From positions 840,001 through 872,000 of the forward strand of contig NC_017080.1 of NCBI RefSeq assembly GCF_000284115.1: a DNA stretch of 32,000 nt, written 5' to 3'. A program made the translations under genes and the position numbers. Below are positions 9,201-15,845 of this stretch, piece after piece. How positions within the stretch are numbered: position 1 is the first letter of the stretch; every line of letters begins with the position of its first letter. The stretch is from Phycisphaera mikurensis NBRC 102666. GTDB taxonomy: Bacteria; Planctomycetota; Phycisphaerae; Phycisphaerales; Phycisphaeraceae. The notes beneath the pieces were generated by a model. That model was not told the origin of the DNA. It made no database searches and saw only the letters and a list, made by a program, of their open reading frames with translations.

Positions 9201-9786
9201 ACCGGCTGCGGTCGGGGTCGTACATCTCCAGGCAGGAGGCCTGCGCGGCGTTGTCGGCCTTCCCGGTGAAGGCGTTGAGGCGGTTGAGGGCGTGGATGGC
9301 GCCACCGGACGCCGCCTCGGGGTTCTTCTCGGCGGCCAGCCACGCCGCCTGGAGCGCGAGGAACGCTTCCGGATCGCCCACCGTGGGGTCCAGCGGGTTG
9401 CCGTCGAGCCCGATCGGCCGGCCGTCGAAGCTGGTGACGAACACGCCGCGGGCGTAGCCGCCACGCTCCACCATCGAGGCGAAGCGCTCGGGCACGCCGG
9501 GCATCGTCCCGTCGGGACGCGCGTTGTAGGGAAGCACCTGCTCCTTGGGCCAGCGGCGGCAGCCCTGGAGCGTGAGCCCCGCGAGGGCGATCGAAGCGCC
9601 CGCGAGCCGCATGAACTTGCGGCGACCCATCGACAGCAGCTCGTCGGGGTCGTACCCGGGGAACTCCTTCGCCAGCGAGGCGCGGACCTCCGGCGAGCCC
9701 GCGTGCTCCTCCAGCGACCGCCAGTAGGCCTGCCCGGCGGGGGCGTCGTCGGTCGGGGGCGCGATGGCGGCGGAGCGTTCGTTCAC
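6283..9786 (-). CDS. actB: Alternative complex III subunit ActB (molybdopterin-oxidoreductase-like domain fused to a 4Fe-4S ferredoxin-like domain)
   Basis: The N-terminus has 'YWRSLEEHAGSPE..EFP' followed by the twin-arginine signal 'GRRKFMRLAGASIALAGL'. The C-terminal Cys clusters are CTGCNACVVACQAENN, CVMCENAPCEQVCP, CIGTRYCSNNCPYKVRRFN, CTYCTQRI and CQNACPTDAIVFG. I trimmed the track ORF (to 10620) to the GTG at 9786, because its upstream part overlaps actA in another frame. An alternative ATG lies at 9630. Confidence 0.88.
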   Translation of the reverse strand: MNERSAAIAPPTDDAPAGQAYWRSLEEHAGSPEVRASLAKEFPGYDPDELLSMGRRKFMRLAGASIALAGLTLQGCRRWPKEQVLPYNARPDGTMPGVPERFASMVERGGYARGVFVTSFDGRPIGLDGNPLDPTVGDPEAFLALQAAWLAAEKNPEAASGGAIHALNRLNAFTGKADNAAQASCLEMYDPDRSRSVIRVDRARGAGEEAEPFAGGASTFEAFLAAEPFAGRVAVLATPQSGPAAAEAKKRFEAKHGAGSWHVWEPLNRDNEIEGLALAFGGEPVRLVADAAKADVIACFDDDFLAEGPGYLSNAAGWAVNRRSSDRGLQRGVEGEAGMSRLYAAAPSPTCTLASADVTMQVTPACVLAALQELAARLGVAGVAHPAPELLPAEAEGFLAPLAGDLQAAARGRTLVTVGRAQPAAAHALAAAINAKLGNLGETVRVLELPAAEAACLPSLSSLLAKLDRGEVDTLLVLDGNPVFDAPADLGVAEAFAKAPTVVRLGLYVDETSAAADWHLPRAHALESWGDGRAWDGTLLLQQPLLEPLFGGRTPIELAAIASGDPAVSAPGSLGYHLVRRAWAPVVGASGYDPQAQVFAGELSGIEAEKAWRGFVHDGLVRDSAFASASVGSPAAAELPDAPGGDFQLVFAEGSIGDGRYANSGWLQELPEPLTKVTWDNPVRLSMADARGLGVDNGDTVTVTTATGSVDLPVYVMPGQAKGVAVVNVGQGRRVSGNVGTGVGQNVYPLRSSGQMWSAPATIASAGGHTQLATTSTHHLISPFKPEGQHGRGAIEDYAIQKRAGKKPHQSGYTVKEATLAAYLANPGFASAGAHTDIRLQLFDPPSVTGPDQPKFVQPNPDGPDTFNVPHAWGMSIDMSTCTGCNACVVACQAENNIPVVGRDQVLISREMHWIRIDTYFKGDPEGTTSETFGSVNMPLACVMCENAPCEQVCPVAATVHDTEGLNAMVYNRCIGTRYCSNNCPYKVRRFNYFDYHSKLDSSFFRSKKLGIEVQNKPWLDFADTQQGDVVDQVRRMLFNPDVTVRMRGVMEKCTYCTQRISRTKIALKADWAKRKTAGENPADEDRLVQDGEIRTACQNACPTDAIVFGNLNDPDSHVSVLQQHNPRSYALLSELNHRARTEYLAKISNPVASAKGKDTSKSHDHG

Positions 9787-9866
9787 GGCGTCGTGGAGGG
9801 GGGAGCGGCCGGGGAGGGGCCGCCGGGTTGTCGTTCGGGTCGGGGTTTGGGCCGGCGGCGGGGGCC

Positions 9867-10769
9867 TCAGCGGTGGCAGGTCGAGCAGGCCTGCATGTAG
9901 GCCTGGTTGTGGATCTGCATCTGCTTCTTCATCAGGTTGCCGATGAACAGCTGCTGCGCGTCGGCGTCGTCCTCCGCCACGGTGCCGGCTTCGACGGCCT
10001 GCCGCACGCGGGGGTCGTCGATCGGCTTCCAGACCATGCTGGTGACCTGGTCGGCGGGGCGGAGGTGCTCCTCCGGGGCCCGGTGGCACTCGATGCACCA
10101 GCTCATGGACAGGTTGCTCACCTGGTGGACGCCCTCCTCCCCCATCTGATCGACCCGGCCGTGGCAGGTCACGCAGGCGACGCCCTTGGTGACGTGCGCG
10201 GCGTGGTTGAAGTAGGCGTAGTCCGCGACGTCGTGGACTTTGATCCACTCGATCGGCTTGCCGCTCTGCACGCTGGCGTACACCGGGGCGAGCTTCGTGG
10301 AGTTGCTCTTGACGGCGAGGCCGCCCTTGAACCGCTCCTGCAGGCTCTCGTCGTTGCTGGCGCCGGCCCCGTGGCAGGCGACGCACGTCTGCGTCGGCGG
10401 GATCGCGGCGAACGCCGCGTTCTTCACCGTCGTGTGGCAGTAGGTGCAGTCCATGCCGAGCTGGCCGACGTGCAGCGCGTGGCTGTACGGCACGGGCTGC
10501 TCGGGCCGGTACAGGTTGTTGAGGTTGTTGGGGTTGAGGCCCAGGTAGGCCGCGGCCGGCACGTAGGTGGCGGCCCCGATCAGGCCGAGCACCATCAGCG
10601 GGAGCAGGTAGTTCGCCCAACGCGGGAACACGAAGGCCCGGTTTTCGGGTTCATGGTCCGGGGGGGAGGTCTCCGCCGGGGAGCCGCCGCCCGCGGGCGG
10701 CGTGGGGTGGGCACCGGCCGCGCCCGAGGGCGTGGGGTCCGGGTGCGGCTGTTGGGTTTCGTCGGCCAT
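9867..10769 (-). CDS. actA: Alternative complex III pentahaem cytochrome c subunit ActA
   Basis: 300 aa with an N-terminal TM anchor. It has five CxxCH motifs (CTYCH, CVACH, CVTCH, CIECH, CSTCH). It is the first gene of the cluster. Confidence 0.88.
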   Translation of the reverse strand: MADETQQPHPDPTPSGAAGAHPTPPAGGGSPAETSPPDHEPENRAFVFPRWANYLLPLMVLGLIGAATYVPAAAYLGLNPNNLNNLYRPEQPVPYSHALHVGQLGMDCTYCHTTVKNAAFAAIPPTQTCVACHGAGASNDESLQERFKGGLAVKSNSTKLAPVYASVQSGKPIEWIKVHDVADYAYFNHAAHVTKGVACVTCHGRVDQMGEEGVHQVSNLSMSWCIECHRAPEEHLRPADQVTSMVWKPIDDPRVRQAVEAGTVAEDDADAQQLFIGNLMKKQMQIHNQAYMQACSTCHR

Positions 10770-10974
10770 CGTCAGGTGCCGGCCGTGGCCGGAGAGGCTC
10801 CGCGGGGTGCACGCGGAGCGGTTCGGAGCAATCGGAGAGCGGGTCGCGGACCAGCGTACGGGAGGAGCGGCCGATCCGCAGGAGGGGGATCGGGCGCCTC
10901 TGAGATCGGGCGTTTTGGGGTGGCCCGTGCACCCGCGCCGGCGGCCGGGTGGAGGTTAGGCACCGCCGCCGATC

Positions 10975-11020
10975 CCGCGGACCGTTGCCGCTTTCTTGCG
11001 GAAACGGCCGCGGTCCGCGG
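10975..11020. repeat. Copy 3 of the 10-26-10 inverted-repeat element
   Basis: CCGCGGACCG at 10975-10984 and CGGTCCGCGG at 11011-11020, 26-nt spacer. The right arm extends to CCGCGGTCCGCGG (11008-11020). It lies 22 nt downstream of the stop of the 11042-11476 gene and ~205 nt upstream of the actA ATG. Confidence 0.9.
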
Positions 11021-11041
11021 GCCGAGCGGCGCCGGGGCCGC

Positions 11042-11476
11042 TCACGCCGCCGCGCCCACGGCGTTTCCGCTGGGCCGCAGGGCCAGCAGGGCCATCGTGA
11101 GCAGGCCCGCGAGCAGGCCGCCGGGGAGGAAGGCGTCCGCCACCATCGCCGCGATGCACGCGAGCACCACGCCCACCTCCAGCACCGCCCACACCAGCAT
11201 CAGCCCCCGGCGGTAGCCCTCCGCGTCGGCCGGCTTCTTCTGCCAGGGAGCGACCAGGACCCCGCTCTTGAGCACCAGCGCCGCGGGCACCAACACGAAC
11301 GCCCACACGATCGCCGGGAGCAGCAGCCACGCCGCCGCGCCCGCGCCGCCTCCGGGCGCGCCGGCGGTGTCGACCACCGCGGCGGAGACCGTCGCCACGG
11401 CTCCCGCGCAGAAGGCGTTCCACGCCCACCAGGCCCGGGTGATCTCGCCACGTGCTTCTCGGGGTGGGGTCGGCAT
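11042..11476 (-). CDS. Small polytopic membrane protein, unknown function
   Basis: This is the last 144 codons of the 564-aa track ORF, starting at ATG 11476 (MPTPPREARGEITRAWWAWNAF...). It has 3-4 hydrophobic helices and high GC3. The upstream part of the track ORF overlaps panB out of frame and is rejected. Confidence 0.6.
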   Translation of the reverse strand: MPTPPREARGEITRAWWAWNAFCAGAVATVSAAVVDTAGAPGGGAGAAAWLLLPAIVWAFVLVPAALVLKSGVLVAPWQKKPADAEGYRRGLMLVWAVLEVGVVLACIAAMVADAFLPGGLLAGLLTMALLALRPSGNAVGAAA

Positions 11477-11656
11477 GGCCGCGAGAATAAGCCGCGTCGG
11501 GGGCCTCGCGACGGCGTCTCCACCGCGAGCGCGACGCCGGAGGCCGGGCGGGCGGTCCAGCCGCCGGCTCGCTCCACGGTGTCGGTGGAGCCGGGCCGGC
11601 GTGATCCGCTTGGTCGGCGGTGCTCGATCCGGCGGCGGGAGGGGGGGAAGGGAAGG

Positions 11657-11678
11657 GGTGGGCAGGGCGGTGCCCACC
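11657..11678 (-). terminator. GC-rich hairpin 32 nt downstream of panB (8-bp perfect stem GGTGGGCA/TGCCCACC, 6-nt loop)
   Basis: The perfect inverted repeat was read directly. On the mRNA strand it is followed by a pyrimidine tract (CCTTCCCTTCCCCCCCTCCC) rather than a U-run, so it is not a classical intrinsic terminator. Confidence 0.3.
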
Positions 11679-11709
11679 GCGGCAAAGAAGCTCCGCGGGC
11701 CCGCCCGCT

Positions 11710-12555
11710 TCAGGCTTCCCGCTTCGCGTAGGGCCCGCCGTCCCGGAGCACCTCGCCGGCTCCCACGGCCTGCACCCAGCGGCGGGCGGCGTCGGCGAGG
11801 GCGTCGCCGCCTCTGGCGATCGGCTTCACGAAGGAGGGCTGGCGGTCGGTGAGGCCCAGCAGGTCGTGGAGCACGACCACCTGGCCGTGGACGCCGGGCG
11901 CGTCCTCGGTGATGCTCGGTCCGGCTCCGCAGCCGATCACCGGGATCGACACGGCCCCGACCACCGCCGCGGCGGCCTCGGCGGTGGCCTGCTCGACGAG
12001 CAGCATCGCCGCGCCGGCACGCTCCAGCGCGGCGGCGAGCTTGGCCATCTCCTGGATTCTCGCATCCGTCCGCCCCGCGACGACCGGGACGCCGGTCCGC
12101 CCGGTCCGCTGCGGACCCCAGCCGATGTGCGCGACGACGGGGATGTTCGCCCGGTCCAGCTTGGCCACGAGGTCGACGTGGCGGTGATCGACTTCCAGCT
12201 TCACGGCGTCGGCCATGCCCTCGGTGAGGAAGCGGCCGGCGTTGCGGACGGCCTCGGCGTCGTCGGCCTGGTAGCTGAGGAAGGGCATGTCGCCCATGAG
12301 GAAGGCGTTGGGGGCGCCGCGCCGCACCGCCGCGGTGATCGCGAGCATGAAGCCCAGGCCGGCGTGGACGGTGTCCTCGAAGCCGAGCACCATGCTGCCG
12401 GCGGTGTCGCCGACGAGCAGCACATCGAGGCCGCCTCGGGCGAGCCACCGCGCCGTCGTCGCGTCGTAGCAGGTGAGCATCGCGAAGGGCCGCCGGTCGC
12501 GGGCCCGGTGGCGGAGGTCGCGGAGGGTGGTGCGGGCGGATCCGGGCGGGCTCAT
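11710..12555 (-). CDS. panB: 3-methyl-2-oxobutanoate hydroxymethyltransferase (ketopantoate hydroxymethyltransferase)
   Basis: 281 aa with the PanB signature blocks. These are 'AMLTCYDA', 'DVLLVGDTAGSMVLG', 'GDMPFLSYQ', 'AVKLE', 'IPVVAHIGWGPQ', 'IPVIGCGAG' and 'HGQVVVLHDLLGL'. Confidence 0.9.
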   Translation of the reverse strand: MSPPGSARTTLRDLRHRARDRRPFAMLTCYDATTARWLARGGLDVLLVGDTAGSMVLGFEDTVHAGLGFMLAITAAVRRGAPNAFLMGDMPFLSYQADDAEAVRNAGRFLTEGMADAVKLEVDHRHVDLVAKLDRANIPVVAHIGWGPQRTGRTGVPVVAGRTDARIQEMAKLAAALERAGAAMLLVEQATAEAAAAVVGAVSIPVIGCGAGPSITEDAPGVHGQVVVLHDLLGLTDRQPSFVKPIARGGDALADAARRWVQAVGAGEVLRDGGPYAKREA

Positions 12556-12575
12556 GGCGAAGGTGTAGCCGGGAT

Positions 12576-12621
12576 CCGCGGACCGCGGCCGCCTCGGGCC
12601 GATAACGGCGACGGTCCGCGG
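12576..12621. repeat. Copy 4 of the 10-26-10 inverted-repeat element (opposite polarity)
   Basis: CCGCGGACCG at 12576-12585 and CGGTCCGCGG at 12612-12621, 26-nt spacer. Here the LEFT arm is the 13-mer CCGCGGACCGCGG (12576-12588). It lies exactly 20 nt from the panB ATG (12555) and 20 nt from the GH130-like ATG (12642). Confidence 0.9.
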
Positions 12622-12641
12622 AATCGCGGGCGATCGAACCG

Positions 12642-14264
12642 ATGCCCCCCGGCGGCCGCATTTCTACCGTCTGCGGCGCCCGCACGACCGCCGCCGAAGG
12701 GATCCCGCTTTTGTCCGAGACCGCGACCGCACCCACGCACCCGCCCGCCGCCGCCGCTGGAGGATCGACGCCGGTCCGCGTCGACCGCTACCCCTCCCGC
12801 TTCCAGGCGGACGACAAGCGGGTCATCGCCCGGTACTTCAACGTTGGCGGCGCCGAGCGGATCCGCCGCGTCGGGGAGCGGGTCGCCGGGATGACCGACC
12901 GCGAGGTCGCCGACCTGCTCACGCTCACCATCGAGCGCTTCGGCGACCGCCACCGCCGGGTCGAGAAGAGCTTCGAGCGGCACTTCGAGCGCGCCAAGCC
13001 GGACCTCTTGGACCCCGATGCGCTCAGCAACGAGCGCAAGCTGCTGCTGGGCTCGTACTTCACGATGGAGTACGCGATCGAGGCGGCGGCGCTCTTCAAC
13101 CCCTCGATCGTCCCGCACCCCGACCAGAGCGGGGTCGAAGACGGCGGGCTCCGCTTCATCATGAGCCTGCGGGCCACCGGGGAGGGCCACGTCTCCTCAA
13201 TCGTGTTCCGCACCGGCGGCGTCTCCGGCGACGGGAAGGTGAGCTTCGATCCCTCCAGCCGGCTGGTGGCGAAGATGCGGGTGGCGCAGGACCAGACCTT
13301 TGAGAAGAAGCTCTTCTTCCAGAAGCTCATCGAGATGGGCGCGTACACCGAGGCCGCCAAGCCGGCATTGGACGCGCTGCCCGCGGAGTTCCACGACGAG
13401 CAGCTCGAGGCGACGCTCGACCGCGTCGCGGGCCGGGAGGACCTGCCCGAGGGCTACGCGGAGGCCGCCGAGCAGATGCGGTGGCTGGCCCACAGCAACT
13501 ACACGCTGAAGATCCCCGAGGAGAGCGGACCCGACGAGATCGTCATCTTCCCCACCAGCGAGAACGAGAGCCGCGGCATCGAGGACGTCCGCTTCACGGC
13601 GTTCACCGACGACGACGGGGAGGTCACCTACTACGGCACGTACACCGCGTACAACGGCTTCCGCATCCTGCCGCAGCTGCTCGAGACCAAGGACTTCCAC
13701 ACCTTCGGGATCCACACGCTCAACGGCCGCTACGTCCAGAACAAGGGCATGGCGCTGTTCCCGCGGAAGATCAACGGCCGCTACATGATGATCTCGCGCC
13801 TCGACGGCGAGAACATGTTCATCATGAACAGCGACAACCCGCGGTTCTGGAACCGGGCCCAGAAGCTCTGCGGCCCGATGTACCCCTGGGAGTTCGTGCA
13901 GATCGGCAACTGCGGCCCGCCGATCGAGACCCCCGCCGGCTGGCTGCTGCTCACCCACGGCGTCGGCCCGGTCCGCCGCTACTGCATCGGCGCTTGCCTG
14001 CTGGACCTCGACGACCCCAGCCGGGTGATCGGCCACCTCGACCGCCCGCTGCTCGAGCCGCAGGAGGACGAGCGCGACGGCTACGTGCCCAACGTCGTGT
14101 ACTCGTGCGGGGCCCTGGTCCACAACGACACGCTGGTGCTGCCCTACGCCGTGAGCGACTCGGCGTCGACGGTGGCCACGCTGTCGATGACCGAGCTGCT
14201 GAACCAGCTGACCAAGCACTCCCGCAGCTGCCCGCTCCCGGACCGCCGCATGGACGGGCGGTGA
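12642..14264 (+). CDS. GH130-family-like glycosidase/phosphorylase (beta-propeller) with a ~300-aa N-terminal domain of unknown function
   Basis: The C-terminal half has GH130/DUF377-type blocks. These are 'SENESRGIEDVRF', 'YYGTYTAYNG', 'NKGMALFPRKINGRYMMISR', 'GNCGPPIETPAGWLLLTHGVGP' and 'GYVPNVVYSCG'. The only ATG start is at 12642, so the start is uncertain. Confidence 0.75.
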   Translation: MPPGGRISTVCGARTTAAEGIPLLSETATAPTHPPAAAAGGSTPVRVDRYPSRFQADDKRVIARYFNVGGAERIRRVGERVAGMTDREVADLLTLTIERFGDRHRRVEKSFERHFERAKPDLLDPDALSNERKLLLGSYFTMEYAIEAAALFNPSIVPHPDQSGVEDGGLRFIMSLRATGEGHVSSIVFRTGGVSGDGKVSFDPSSRLVAKMRVAQDQTFEKKLFFQKLIEMGAYTEAAKPALDALPAEFHDEQLEATLDRVAGREDLPEGYAEAAEQMRWLAHSNYTLKIPEESGPDEIVIFPTSENESRGIEDVRFTAFTDDDGEVTYYGTYTAYNGFRILPQLLETKDFHTFGIHTLNGRYVQNKGMALFPRKINGRYMMISRLDGENMFIMNSDNPRFWNRAQKLCGPMYPWEFVQIGNCGPPIETPAGWLLLTHGVGPVRRYCIGACLLDLDDPSRVIGHLDRPLLEPQEDERDGYVPNVVYSCGALVHNDTLVLPYAVSDSASTVATLSMTELLNQLTKHSRSCPLPDRRMDGR

Positions 14265-14351
14265 CGGCCCCCGCGGGCCGCTGCCGGGACCGGGACCGGG
14301 ATCGGACCCGTCGCCGACCGCCGGGACCGGCGGCTCCGGCGGTCGCGGCGA

Positions 14352-15296
14352 TCACGCGCCCGCGGGCACCCGCATCCGCAAGGCTCCGGGCTCGGCGGTC
14401 ACCTCCAGCCGGTCCGCCTCGGAGGACTCGCCGTCGGCGTTCAGCGGCAGCGGCGCCTCGCTCTCGACGCGGAGCTCGGTGAGCGAGGCGGCGACCAGCG
14501 GGCGGGGCGGCCAGGCCCGCGGGTCGGCGTCGGGGGCGTCGCCGCCGGGCCGGCGGAGGCGGCGGCTGAGGGCGACGCGTTGCGTCAGCCGCAGGTCCGG
14601 GAGGATGAGCACCTCGAAGCGGCCGCTGGCGAGGCGGGCGGCGGGGGCGACGCGGAAGCCGCCGCCGGTGAAGCGGCCGTTGCTGGCGACGACGCCGAGC
14701 GCGTCGCCGCGCCAGGCGAAGCGCGAGCCGTCCGGCCCGCGGCCGGTGACGCGGACCGGCGTGGCTCCGACGACCGCCGCCCGGGCGGCGCCCCAGGCGG
14801 TGTAGGCGGCTCCGCCGGCGAGAGCCTTCACCGCGTCGGGCGTGGAGGCCGACGTGCCGGCGATGGCGCCGAACGAGATGGCGTTGACGGCCCGCCGCGG
14901 CTCGCCCGCGGGCCGCGGCACGCGGAGCACGTCGATGCTCCGCGCCGGCCAGCCGAGCACGCGGGCGAGGGCGTCTTCGGGCGCGGCGTCGTCGGTGCCG
15001 AGGTGGCGGGCGAAGTCGTTGCCGGTGCCGTTGGGCACGAGGCCGATCTCGCAGTCCGCGCCCGTCTCCAGCACCGCGTTCGCCGCGAGGTGCAGCGAGC
15101 CGTCGCCGCCGAAGGTGACCAGGAGGTCGGCCCAGGCGGCTTCCTCGCGCAGCTCGGCCTCCGGGTCGTCGCCCACGGCGTGGCGGCGGACCTCCGCGCA
15201 GCCGCGGACCGCGGCGTCCAGGGCGTCATCGCGCACGCAGTCCGCGGATCCGAAGAGAACGAGGCGGCCCGGGCTCGGGGGTGGGCTGTCCTTCAC
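14352..15296 (-). CDS. Diacylglycerol-kinase-family (DagK/YegS-like) lipid kinase
   Basis: This is the last 314 codons of the 1049-aa track ORF. It carries DAGK catalytic-domain motifs 'LLVTFGGDGSLH' and 'IGLVPNGTGNDFARHLG'. I take GTG at 15296 as the start (VKDSPPPSPGRLVLFGS...). The upstream ~730 codons of the track ORF are Arg/Pro junk overlapping real genes. Confidence 0.75.
   Translation of the reverse strand: MKDSPPPSPGRLVLFGSADCVRDDALDAAVRGCAEVRRHAVGDDPEAELREEAAWADLLVTFGGDGSLHLAANAVLETGADCEIGLVPNGTGNDFARHLGTDDAAPEDALARVLGWPARSIDVLRVPRPAGEPRRAVNAISFGAIAGTSASTPDAVKALAGGAAYTAWGAARAAVVGATPVRVTGRGPDGSRFAWRGDALGVVASNGRFTGGGFRVAPAARLASGRFEVLILPDLRLTQRVALSRRLRRPGGDAPDADPRAWPPRPLVAASLTELRVESEAPLPLNADGESSEADRLEVTAEPGALRMRVPAGA
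15202..15247. repeat. Copy 5 of the 10-26-10 inverted-repeat element (one mismatch; opposite polarity; inside the kinase coding sequence)
   Basis: CCGCGGACCG at 15202-15211 and CAGTCCGCGG at 15238-15247 (A for G at position 2), 26-nt spacer. The left arm extends to CCGCGGACCGCGG (15202-15214). On the minus strand it translates as GSADCVRDDALDAAVRGC. Confidence 0.8.
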
Positions 15297-15335
15297 GCGC
15301 GCCGGGACGCTACGCCCGGCCGGTAGCCTCGGCGG

Positions 15336-15845
15336 ATGCTCGCGGAGACGGACCTGCCGACGCTGCTCGCGGATCTGCGGCCGCGCCTGCACGGCGGCGC
15401 TTTCTGCTTCGTCGCCGCGGAGGACGCGGCGGGCCTGGACGCCGCGGCTTCGGTGCGGGAGGCGGAGGGCTGGTCGTGGCTGGTCCCGGTCGCCCGGGCC
15501 GAGGCGGCGGGCTTGCCCTTCGACGGCCGGTTCCGCTGGATCACGCTGGAGGTGCACTCCGCCCTGGGAGCCGTCGGCCTCACGGCCGCCGTGGCGACGC
15601 GGCTGGCGGCCGCGGGCATCGCCGCGAACGTCATCGCCGGCCGCCTCCACGACCACGTGCTCGTGCCCGAAGCGCGGGCGGAAGAGGCGGCGGCGCTGCT
15701 GGAGCCCGCTCAGCCGCCCGGCGGCCAGGCGATCCAGTCGCCGTCGACGGCCTCTTCGGGCGGGGCGAAAGCGGCGCGGTTGCCGCCGGCCTCCTCGGTC
15801 GGCAGGACGCCGCCGTCGTCGTCGCCGTCGGCGCCGAGGCCGTAG
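15336..15845 (+). CDS. ACT-domain protein (ACT_7/DUF2241-like)
   Basis: 169-aa ORF. 'RWITLEVHSALGAVGLTAAVATRLAAAGIAANVIAGRLHDHVLVPEARAEEA' matches the small ACT-domain family pattern. The last ~45 codons (Pro/Ser/Ala-rich) overlap the convergent gene and may be read-through until the first available stop. Confidence 0.65.
   Translation: MLAETDLPTLLADLRPRLHGGAFCFVAAEDAAGLDAAASVREAEGWSWLVPVARAEAAGLPFDGRFRWITLEVHSALGAVGLTAAVATRLAAAGIAANVIAGRLHDHVLVPEARAEEAAALLEPAQPPGGQAIQSPSTASSGGAKAARLPPASSVGRTPPSSSPSAPRP

Noticed and set aside
6037-9900. 1287-aa plus-strand ORF
   Set aside because: It is antisense to actB and has a low-complexity Gly/Ala/Arg/Val composition. The minus strand carries the Tat signal and Fe-S cysteine clusters of ActB.
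9787-10620. N-terminal 278 codons of the 1445-aa track ORF for actB
   Set aside because: It overlaps the actA coding sequence in another frame and looks like Arg/Pro-rich junk. The conserved ActB N-terminus ('YWRSLEE') begins just after the GTG at 9786.
10779-10792. 14-bp palindrome CCGGCC-GT-GGCCGG 10 nt upstream of the actA start codon
   Set aside because: Six-bp all-G/C palindromes are common at this base composition. There is no second copy or recognisable operator family, so it is noted but not called.
11477-12736. Upstream part of the 564-aa minus ORF 11042-12736
   Set aside because: It overlaps panB in a different frame and crosses repeat copy 4. It is Arg/Pro/Gly-rich. Only the last 144 codons (membrane protein) are retained.
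14289-14312. Short tandem GGGACC/CCGGGA repeats and small palindromes between the convergent GH130-like and kinase genes
   Set aside because: There are only ~3 imperfect hexamer copies, and the stems have 2-nt loops. That is within what GC-rich low-complexity intergenic DNA produces by chance. It could contribute to termination, but I cannot support a specific call.
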